From: Felis catus
Lineage: Eukaryota
Direction: 5' to 3'
Length of the DNA: 64,000 bases
NCBI RefSeq assembly: GCF_018350175.1
Contig: NC_058382.1
Coordinates: 61,382,001 to 61,446,000 of the forward strand
Position numbers and translations under genes: made by a program. The notes below the pieces were generated by a model. It did no database searches and was not told the DNA's origin. It was given only the letters and a program-made list of their open reading frames with translations. Shown in pieces: positions 33,201 to 43,383 of this stretch. Each line of letters opens with the position of its first letter. The stretch's first letter is position 1.

Positions 33201-34602
33201 TCGGGGGAGGTGAGGGCTACAGAGGGCCGTGGGTGTAAGCAGACAGCCTCTGGAAGTAGAAGGTCAGACTGCATGTGGGAGAGGCGGCCCGTGACAGGAG
33301 TCTGGTGAACCTGCATCTTGTTCACGGCCAGCCCCGCTCACGGCCATGCTGATGCTTTACAGGGTCGGTGCCCAGCCCCCGCCAGGGGCAGAGGAGGGAG
33401 CGTGTCTGGGTGAGTGTGCCCTCGGCGTGTGGTCTGTGGGTTAGGCTCGAGGTGGGCTGGGTGCTGACCGGCCATGGGTGTGGCGTCTCTGTGCCTTTCC
33501 TCAGTGGACCTGATCACTTCGAGCCCCCAGGGCCTGCGCGACTTGGTAGCCTGGGTGCATGGACACGCAGCCAGCTGCGGGGCCCTGCCTAGCCTCCAGA
33601 GGACACTGTCCTCCGAGTACTGCGGTGTTATCCAAGCCGTGTGGGGCTGTGACCAAGGCCACGACTATACCATGGACGCCGACTCCAGCTGCGGGGCTCT
33701 TTTGCTGGACAGTGCGCTGGCAGTCAAATGGACATGGGACAAGGAGATGGCCCCGTGGCTCACCCAGCATCGGGGGTCCAACCCTACTGGGGCTGCCCCT
33801 CAGAGCTCCCAGGGCAGAGCGACCACAACTCCAGCCGAGACCGAGACCCTGCCCGGCGCGGACGCGGCCCCGCCTCCTTCAGATGTCAACCCTGTAGGGC
33901 CTGGCCTGTGCCCCCCACCTCAGCCAAGCTTTCCCCCAAGTGGGGCCCCAGGTAGGAGCTCCTCTGGGTTACTGGATCAGGATTCCTCGTCTGGAGGCAG
34001 GCAGGCCCGCAGTGGGGGGTGGGTGTCTGTATTGTTATGGGCAGTGGTCACGGTGTTGCTTGCGGAGGCTCGGGGGAAGTGATGAGGAGCCGACCTGAGC
34101 AACAGGGGGAGGGCCCAGGGACCCTTTTCCAGCAGTTTTTGTAAAGGCGTGCTCATCTGCCGTCTGGTCTTCCTCTCTAAGCCTGCTCGGGGCCAGGGGA
34201 CCAAAGGAGGGCGAAGAAGGGGGTCCTTGTTGTGGGACGTGGGGGAAGACGGCAGCTGGGACCTCTGAGGCTCTTTCGGGCCAGCTGCGGGTCATTCCCT
34301 GGGTCTCCGCTGGCGTCCTGGTGACATCCCAGTGGGACTTGCGTAGATGGGCTCCTCTGCCAAGTGGCCAAGAGGGAACACAGGGCCATTGTGTGGGACC
34401 CGGTCCCACGGTGCTGTGGTGTGGGGGCAGCTGCTCACGGACTTTGCGTTCAGGTGGCGGAGTTGGCTCCCCCTCCTGCTTCCCTCAGCCTCTGTTTGTG
34501 CAGTTGCCTACGTGGAGCGCTGGGCTGCTCCTGTGGTCCAGCTCTTGGTGGCACTTTAAAATGCAGCTGCCCAGATGGTTGAGAGAGAGAGAGGGAGGGA
34601 GG

Positions 34603-34639
<37 letters not shown>

Positions 34640-37600
34640 GGAGAGAATCTTAAGCAGGCTGCACGCTCAGTGCTCAGCCCAACTCAGGGCTCCATCCCAT
34701 GACCCTGGGATCGTGACGTGAGCCGGAATCAAGAGTCGGACTTTCAACCGACTGAGCCACCCAGGTGCCCCAGAACTGAACTGCTTGGCCTTTTAAACTG
34801 CGTGCATGCAGTATGATATTAATGGTTTGATATTAATGTTTCTTTAATGTTTTGGAACACCCACAAAGTGTGAGTCGTCCCTGCCTGACACAGCTGGATC
34901 CGAACCTCTGGGAAGGGCTGGGCTTGCTGACGTGAACCGTTGGCTCGGGTTTCTGATGCCTGGTGCCGTCCGTGCCTGTGCTAGACATGGGGGTGGCCTG
35001 TTGGGCTGTGTAGGGACCTTATGGGGGGCGGGACTGGGAGGCGGGTGGGATTTAAGCCTGGAGGACCCCAGGCTCCCCACAGGGAAGGCTCTGTTGTCCG
35101 ATGGGCACACGCCTCCTTGCTGGGGAGCACTGCCTGCACTGTGTGTTGGTAATGGGAGCCTTGTTCTTTGTTTCTCAGGGCGGTTGGGTGAGAAGCAGGT
35201 TCCGTCTTCAACCTCGGATGATCGGGTAAAAGACGAGTTCAGTGACCTTTCTGAGGGGTGAGAGAAGAGTGGGTTTAAATAGCCTAACATTCCTCCTTGG
35301 AAAATCAAACTCCGCCAACCTGTGTGCTCTCTGCCTGTGTCCGGGCCGGGGCCCTCTCCCTCTCTCAGTTGGAAGGAGAGGAATGGCCGAGGGTGCTTCC
35401 AGGCTCCTTGTTCCTGACGGGGGCCTCCTGGACCTGACGTATCTGGAAGGGGAGCACGACCAGGGTGGTGTGGAAGTTAGAGCCCTATGGTTGGCCCTTC
35501 GCTGCTGCTGCCTTGTCTCCTTCAAGGCCGTGGTTTCGTGCCAGCCAGAGACGTTACTAAAATGGGAAGTTGGTCTCTGGCCTTGTGTCATGACGGGATC
35601 GTGACTTGGGGCGGAGGCTCTGTAAGGAGGACGAGCCACTGTTGGGGACTGTTCGCTGCTGGGACCGCCTCCTGCTTGTCAGCTGAGAACCACTCATGGT
35701 GGCTGCCACACGCTGGTCGGCCTTCACCCCCCTTCCACACTGCCACGTAATCTGTGGCTGGAACGCAGGTGCACCCTTGTCCAAACAGGGAGAAAGACAG
35801 CACGATTTGTGGCACGACTCCCGTGGGGTGTCTGTCGATGGTGAACAAGATGCTGGAAGAACCCAAGTGGGTTTGCTAGAAACACCCCCGGGACCAGGAG
35901 TGGTCGCAGGCTGTCCTAGAGGCCGCCGGCCAGCCTCGAGTCTCGTGCAGATGAGTGGTGGCCTGTGGGGGAAGGCCGTGCCCTGCCAGGCTTCGTTCCG
36001 TCTGCTGCCCTGCAGAGACTGTGCCGTTACTCACACTCGAGGGTAAAGGTCATGGATACGCAGATATTTTTCTGGCCTTTGTGACTTTGCAAGGTGACCT
36101 GTCAGCTGGATAGGTGCTCCCAGTTAGGGGGAGTAGGTGCCTCATAATCTAAACGTCCACTTCTGGAGAAGCCCACCTCCTTGAGGTCTTCCTGTGCTGC
36201 CTGGGGCCCCAGAGAGAGACTCGACAAGTTCAGGGTCCTGGTGTGAAGGGAGCGTGGCTTCTGGGGGATTGTCGGCTTGCGGGACTTCAGTGACCCTGGC
36301 CTGCCCTTTCTGTTAGGAGATGTGATCAGAGATTTGGGGATTTTAGGTTTCTTCAGACCTTTGCAGGAGAGCTAAAACATGGAGTATGGAGATTTGGTGG
36401 TGTTTGTAGACAGGAAGTGTCACTGGAGCTGTCACGCACCCCAGGCCTTTGCTGAAGGTGCTCTCTTCTTCCCTAGAGACATCCTGAGTGAAGACGAAAA
36501 TGACAAGAAGCAAAGTACCCAGTCGTCAGATGAATCCTTTGACCCTTACCCAGAAAAGAAGTAAGGAGGACTGTCCTGCCGCGTGTCCTTGGGGTCTGGG
36601 AGGGGCATCACTGGGAGCCTAGAAACCTACGTCTGCCTGGTAGGGTCACCGGGCGGGAGTAGTGGGGGCAGGGGACGGAGGCTCATCCTTCCCGGCCTGC
36701 CCTCACTCAGCACGTTTTCTGCTGCTCTTTGGCCTGACCCCCTTAGCCCGTTGACTGTGGCTTCTGGGGGGTGGGGGAGGCTTTCCTCGTTCAGTGCTAG
36801 GACCCGGTCTCAGTGGCACGTGACAGTGGCAGGAGGCCTGTGGCTGTGACTCAGCCTCATTCGGGGAGCTCCCGCCTTCCTCTCTGCCAGCCCTAACCCT
36901 CGGTCACACCACACTAGTGTCTCCCGTCGGCCACGGATTTCCTGCAGTAACCTCCACCCTGCAGTTCTTTCTGCTTCTGTGCCAAGCAAGGCCCTCAGAG
37001 GCTCGGGCCCCAGCCCTGCAGTTCCTCTCAGATCTGCCTCTGGCACTGATTTCTGTGCCACCTCCTTGGAGAGTTGCTTCTGTGGCCTTGTCTTGACCTT
37101 CCCTTTTCCAAGATTTGGGTTTTCTCTCTGGATGTAGCATCCTGGTAGGGAAGGCTGATGTTTACTTGGGTCACTTTTCTCCCAACCTCATGCCCAGGAA
37201 CACCCAGAACACTGCGCATAATTGCTGCCCCACCTGAGCGTTAGGAGCATTTCACAGTAGAATAAAAACACGAGGGTGCAACAGTGTCACCCAGGAGGAC
37301 GCAGCCCAGAAACAGAAGCCAGCCTGACTTTCCTTCTCCTTTGGGCTCTGACGTGGCTTTGGAAAGAGAAACCGAAGCCAGGCTCTGCGGGAGGTGGGGC
37401 CAGCTGGAGTGGGCTGACCATAGCTCGGAGCCAGCACACTCAGGCCCGATGGCCACGTTGTCCCTTAGGTACTCCAGTGTGAGTCACAACTGGAAACCTG
37501 GGACAGGGCCTCTGAGCCTCCCTGGTGCACGGGACTTTGTTTCAGCAGACATACCTGTCTGGGTCCATAGCTGGGGCAGATAAGAAAGGACTTAGGATGT

Positions 37601-40600
37601 GTTCATTAGGGCCCCGTGGCTCCGGTGAGAAGTGAGAGTCAGGAGCCTGAGTGACCGAGGGGGAGGAAAGGGAGAGCAAGGAGCAGGGTCCTCCAGTGTC
37701 TCCAAGGACTTCAGCCCATACCCGTCAAGGACGCACTTGTGAACCCACGGGCTCTCTGAAGCCGCCTGCTCTCAACAGACGTGTGATCTAGCGTGGGAGG
37801 GAAATGGTGACTCCCTGGTCACAGTGTGGCTCTGACAGGGTGCCTGAGCTGCACAAAAGAGAGTGGAGGCCAATGAGGAGGGGACACACAGCAAAGCCTC
37901 AAAGAACAGTTGTTAGATAAGGAGAAGAGCAGAAGCCTGTGAGGTCATCAGAGAGTTTGTTTATTTATTTAAAAAATTCTTAACGTTTATTCATCTTTGA
38001 GAGAGAGAGAGACAGCATGAGCGGGAGAGGGGCAGAGAGAGAGGGGAACACAGAATCCCAAGCAGACTCCAGGCTCCGAGCTGTCAGCACAGAGCCCGAC
38101 ACGGGGCCTGAACCCACAAACCACAGGATCATGACCTGAGCCAGTTGGAGCACTTAGCTGAGCCACCCAGGTGCCCCTGTATTGCTTTGTCTCTGATGTC
38201 ACGTTTAAGAAACTGTTGTCACATCAAAGGCAGCGTTTTCTTCTAAGAGTTTGAGCGTTTTAGCTCTTATGTGTAGGTCTTTGGTCCATTAGGTCATGTA
38301 TGTTGGAAAGGAAGGGCCCACCTCCATTCTTTGGCCTGTGGACATCCAGCTTTGCCAGCACCGTATGTTGAAGAGACTGTCCTTTCCCCATTGAGTGGTC
38401 TTGGCACCCTTGTCAAAAATCAGTTCGTTTTTCTTGTGATGGTCTATACTTGGTCTCTCAGTTCTGTTCAGTTAGTCTTTATGTCTGTTTTTCCGTGCCA
38501 GAACCACACGGTTTTGATTACTGTAGCTTTGTAATTTTGGAATTAGGGAGTTTGAGTCCTCCCGCTTTGTTTTTCAGAATTATTAAGCTATTCTGTATCC
38601 CTTAAAATTCCGTGTGAAACAGAATAGCTTTTTCTGTTTCTGCAGAAAACACCACTGGGTCTTGATAGGGATCAAATCTGTAGATTGCTTGGGAAGTAAT
38701 GCCATCCTAACAATATTAAATCCTGCTAGTCCATAAACGCGGGATGTTTTTGCACTTACTTAGGTCTTAATTTCTTTCAGCAGTGTGTTGCGGTTTTTAG
38801 CATACAGGTTTTCACCTTCTTGGTTAAGTTTGTCCCTAAGTACAGTATTTTCTTCTTTTTGACGCGGTTGCAAATGAGTTATTTAAAAACTTTCCATTTT
38901 GTTCACTGTTAATGTGTAGAGGTAGAACTAGTTTTTGTGTGTTGATTTTGTACCCTGCCACTTTGCTGAACTTGTTTATTTTTGCGTGTGTGGATTCTTC
39001 AGGGTTTTCTACATACAAGATCATATCGTTTGTGCATAGGGGTAATCTTCTAATAGCAGTGGTGAAAACGGGCACCTTTACTTGGTCCTGATCTGAGGGC
39101 AAGGCTTTGAATCTTCCACCGTTGAGGATGACATTAGCTCTACACTTGCCATATAACGCCCTTCAAGTTCCCCGTTGTTCTCCACAGTTTTCCTTAAATG
39201 CCCGGATCGAACAAGTGGGAAGAAAAAGTGTGCATGTCTCTTTAAATCTTCACTAGACCCCACAGGGGATTAGTTGCTGGGCCTGAACTGGTCCCTCAGG
39301 GACCTGCCAGACTGACTGGGAGGTCCTCACTGCCCGCTCACAGCTCTGTCCCCAAGACCACACTGTTCCCTCTGAGCCCCCGCCTGGTCCTGGAGCTGTG
39401 CGCCTCCCAGCGGGTTCCAGAGTGTTGGTTCTGATGTTTTTCTAGCCTAGTGGTCGTTTTGACGGGGGGACTGACCCCTAAAGCTTCTCCACTTCACTGT
39501 TTAGCATGACGTCTCCAAATAACGTTTGGTTCTGACGTTTCAGGAGTGAAGTTTGTCCTGAAAACCCTCTCCTGTAGCTAGCGTGGTCCCCGTCCCCACA
39601 CCTCGCCTTCCCGAGGTAGCAGTACGGAGTCTGGGACTTTGCTGGGGGTTGTTCCCGCCCTGGCGCCCAGGGGTCGGTCCGAAGGCCACCAGTGAGCACG
39701 GAGACGCAAGCAGGTTGCCGTGGGAGCCTGGCAGGAGCCCCACCTCTCCCGTTTGAGGAGGGAGAAGCGTCTCGGAGTCTGATGACGTCTCTTTTTCTTT
39801 TCCCCTCACAGGGTCTCTGGTAAAAAGAGCGAAAGCAAAGAAGCCAAGAAGGCTGAAGAACCAAAAATGCGCAAGAAACCGGGCCCCAAGCCGGGCTGGA
39901 AGAACAAGCTTCGCTGTGAGAGGTGAGGGCCTGGGGTGGGGGGGTAAGGGGTCGGGGGGGGGGGGGGGGCGGTCGCCTGTCGAGGCGGCAACTCCACGTG
40001 TGCCGTGCTCTGCAGGGAGGAGCTGCCCACCATCTACAAGTGCCCTTACCAGGGCTGCACGGCCGTGTACCGCGGGGCCGACGGCATGAAGGTGAGGAGG
40101 GGCGGCGCCCTGGCCGCGGGGCGGCCTTTGTAGCTGACCCGGAGGACCGGACGTCTGCGTGGAGCCCGGTGTAGACTTGTAGCCGAGGGCTCACGCGGGC
40201 CGGGGCCCAGGGGAGCCCTCCGCTCTTGGGAAAAGCACCCGCCTCTCGTCGCGTGAGGAGTGGTTGCATCTCTTCCTCTGAGGGGGCCGCGCAGGACCCG
40301 TGGGAGGGGGTGACCGTCCCGGCCGGGGCGCTCAGGGCCCTGCCGTCGCCCCCGCAGAAGCACATAAAGGAGCACCACGAGGAGGTCCGGGAGAGGCCGT
40401 GCCCCCACCCCGGCTGTAACAAGGTGTTCATGATCGATCGTTATCTGCAGCGCCACGTGAAGCTGATCCACACAGGTACGGGCCCTGCTCTGGCACACGC
40501 TCACCTCCGCCGGCCCGTGGGCCAGCCGCCCTTCCCAGAGGCCTGGGGCCGTGTCTGGCCGCCTCGCGGGTCGGGCAGAAGCGGCTGGAACCGGCAGTGA

Positions 40601-43009
40601 GGAAACCCCAGTGCCTTTTCTGCACGTGACGACCCCGCGCGTCCGTCACGGTTTGATTCCCCTCCAGTTTTGACGACGTGACCCACACCCCCAGGTCTTA
40701 GAAAACCCAGAGCTACACGTGTGCCGGATTCCGACCACTGCTGCTGCTCACAGAGCCGCTCTCCTGAGTCGGCAGCACCCCCTTTAAAAGACAGACGCCT
40801 GGGTCAGTTGGGCACCCAATCCTCGATTGCAGCTCGGGGCGATCCCTGTGTCGCGAAGCTTGCTTGGGCTTCTCTCCCCCTCTGCCTCCTCATGCTCTTG
40901 CTTGCTCTCAAAAATAAAAAACAAGTCTATTAAGGAAGAAAAGGAAGATTGATGCACTGAATCTGTATTTTTAAAATTTTTTTTAACGTTTATTTTTGAG
41001 ACAGAGACAGATCATGAACGGGGGAGGGTCAGAGAGAGGGAGACACAGAATCTGAAACAGGCTCCAGGCTCCGAGCTGTCAGCACAGAGCCTGACGTGGG
41101 GCTTGAACTTACTGACTGCGAGATCATGACCTGAGCCGAAGTCGGCCGCTTAACCGACTGAGCCACCCAGGCGCCCCTGAATCTGTATTTATCCCTAAAC
41201 TGTAATCGTACACATAACTTAACGGTAGGGGCACCTGACCTGGGCGTTTCAGTTGGTTGAGTGTCTTGACTCCATTTCGGCTCAGGCCATGACCTCATGG
41301 TTCATGGGATCGAGCCCTACATCAGACTCTGAGCTAACAGCATGAAGCCTGCTTGGGCTTCTCTCTCTCCCTCTCTCAAAATTAAAGAAAATTATTCTTA
41401 ATGTTTATTTTTGAGAGAGGGCGAGTGAGCATGATCGGGGGAGGGTCAGAGAGAGAGACAGAATCTGAAGCAGGCTCCAGGCTCTGGGCTGTCAGCAGAG
41501 CCCAACGTGGGGCTCGAACCCACGAACGAGGAGATCACGACCCGAGCCGAAGTTGGATGCTTAACCGACTGAGCCACCCAGGTGCCCCAGAACTTAAAAA
41601 AAAAATTTACTGTTGGAAGTCATTCTGGTTTACTTTTTTCACTGAGACCATTTTATGGTTGGGTCGTATTTGTTGGTTTCACAGTGAAACCATTTTCCTG
41701 TGTTTTTTGTTCTAAGCCTTGTTGGACATTCCCTTAAATTGGGTCTTCAGGCTGCTGGTCTCCGTCGAGACCCCAGTGATCACAACCATTAGCAGTTTTC
41801 CTGAAACACCCAAGAGGAGAGCCTAAGCTGTAAAGGGGGATCGTACCTAGCACAGGACAAGCCCGTGTGGGAAGCTGTGTCAGGTGCTTGTAGATGACTG
41901 AGCAGGTGGGATTGGAAATGGCAGTGAGGCAGATGCTCGTGGCCACCACCCCAGGTGCATGTCCAGGAGGAGAAGGGACTGTTCAGTTTTTGTCCAAGAG
42001 CCTAAGAAACTGATCTCCAAAGTAGACATCCCCTCCCCCACCAAGGGCCCAGTATGGTTTGTAGAGTTTGTAAGGTGGCAGTCGTCTGTGAAGCTTTATA
42101 GACTGGGCTTCCTCGAGGAACTTCTGCTCAGCGGATCTAGTTTCCCTTGAGGAAAACAGGCTTCAAATGGACCCATCTGATGAAGAGGAAGTCCCAGCGA
42201 GATGACATTTTCAAGCAATTTGGAGGGCTCTATTATTAATAAGAAACTCTGTATTAGAAATGTTTTTCATTGGGGCGCCTGGGTGGCCCAGTCAATTAGG
42301 CATCTGACAATCTCCACTCTGGTCATGGTCTCACGGTTCAGGAGTTGGAGCCCCATGTCGGGCTCTGCGCAGACACTGTATGGAGCCTGCTTGGGATTCT
42401 CTCTCCCCTCTCTCAGATTTGAAAAACTTTTTTTAACCTCTGAATAAAATTAGATTTGCACAGGCCCCTTGCTTGGGCCTTGAGTGTAAGGAAAACACCA
42501 CGTTGGGCCACCAGGCCCCCGGGGAGGGCTGGGCATTTTCGTGCCTGTGTTCATGCCATCTCTGGTCCTCTCTGGTCCCCAGAGGTGCGGAACTATATCT
42601 GTGATGAGTGTGGCCAGACCTTCAAGCAGCGGAAACACCTTCTCGTCCACCAGATGCGCCACTCGGGAGCCAAGCCTCTGCAGTAAGTGTGGGGATGGGC
42701 ACACCTCCGCGTGGCCATGCTTCTGGCACCCACGCCCTTGCTCACCTGGCCCTGTCCCCCAGGTGTGAAGTCTGTGGGTTCCAGTGCCGGCAGCGGGCAT
42801 CCTTGAAGTACCACATGACTAAACACAAGGCTGAGACCGAGCTGGATTTTGCCTGTGACCAGTGTGGCCGGCGGTTCGAGAAGGCCCACAACCTCAATGT
42901 GCACATGTCCATGGTCCACCCTCTGACGCAGACCCAGGACAAGGCCCTGCCCCTGGAGCCACCATGCGGGACTACGGAGGGCCAGGCCGTGAAGCCTGAG
43001 CCCACCTGA
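28358..43009 (+). CDS. ZNF276: Zinc finger protein 276 (ZAD domain plus C2H2 fingers), 612 aa
   Basis: 11 exons: 28358-28583, 32716-33019, 33363-33409, 33505-33951, 35179-35257, 36477-36560, 39812-39922, 40016-40091, 40358-40475, 42583-42682, 42763-43009 (1839 nt). Starts [13 protein letters not shown] in context gccgccATG. ZAD: CRLCHG...CKNC. Fingers: [38 protein letters not shown]. Confidence 0.97.
28860..28990. mobile_element. MIR remnant
   Basis: aatcctggttttgcc...tgtagccttgaggtagatgcttaacgtctctgagcctgtttcgtcttccttaaaac. Confidence 0.6.
29247..29944 (-). mobile_element. Three antisense CAN-SINEs (about 29247-29448, 29470-29638, 29725-29944)
   Basis: Each reads T-rich tail, (GA)n, acagaatcc...gcacagagcc...ggctcgaacc...cccaggcgccc-like head on the plus strand. 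Confidence 0.9.
29640..32400 (-). mobile_element. Truncated, degenerate LINE-1 (ORF2 3' part and 3' UTR) in ZNF276 intron 1; includes (TG)n at about 30220-30253
   Basis: Minus-strand ORF fragments [53 protein letters not shown] and [16 protein letters not shown] are L1 ORF2-like; many stops and frameshifts. Confidence 0.92.
34580..34770 (-). mobile_element. CAN-SINE with (GA)n tract
   Basis: (GA)n...gaatcttaagcaggct...actgagccacccaggtgcccc. Confidence 0.88.
37960..38178 (-). mobile_element. CAN-SINE
   Basis: aacgtttatt...gagagacagcatgagc...ccaggctccgagctgtcagcacagagcc...agccacccaggtgcccc. Confidence 0.9.
38180..39160 (-). mobile_element. Degenerate LINE-1 ORF2 fragment in ZNF276 intron 6
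   Basis: Minus [20 protein letters not shown]...[16 protein letters not shown] resembles the L1 reverse transcriptase region. Confidence 0.88.
40790..41590. mobile_element. Cluster of four CAN-SINEs in alternating orientation (+ 40790-40925, - 40971-41176, + 41228-41390, - 41400-41588)
   Basis: SINE heads and tails visible; the second has a 14 bp target-site duplication ctgaatctgtattt (40957-40970, 41177-41190). Confidence 0.88.
42272..42420 (+). mobile_element. CAN-SINE
   Basis: ggggcgcctgggtggcccagtc...ggagcctgcttgggattctctctccc. Confidence 0.88.
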
Positions 43010-43335
43010 ACTCAGGCGGGTAAATGGGGTTTAGACGGTTTCAATAGTTCTTTCATTTGAGACCTGATGGCACAGCTTCGCCCGCTGCCCTGGAGCCCCC
43101 ATGCCGTGTCCCCTCACCTGTGTGTCAGGAGGGCACTGGACAGCAGTACGGTGAAGGGGGGGCTCACTGTGCAACTCCCGTAGCCTTTCCAGCGTCTGCT
43201 CTGGGACCAGCATTTACCCACGATACTGACCTTGGGGCCAGATGGATTTTAAATCATTGATTCCTATTCCCCACTAAAGCAATCAAGGAGATTTGTAATC
43301 CACTTTCTAGTGCAAGAGCTCCGTGTTATGCTCGT

Positions 43336-43341
43336 AATAAA
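43336..43341 (+). terminator. ZNF276 polyadenylation signal AATAAA
   Basis: First AATAAA after the ZNF276 stop (43009), ~330 nt downstream. Confidence 0.75.
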
Positions 43342-43383
43342 TTATTTACAAAGGAGCCGGGCTGTGCGCCGCGCAGGGTCCAG

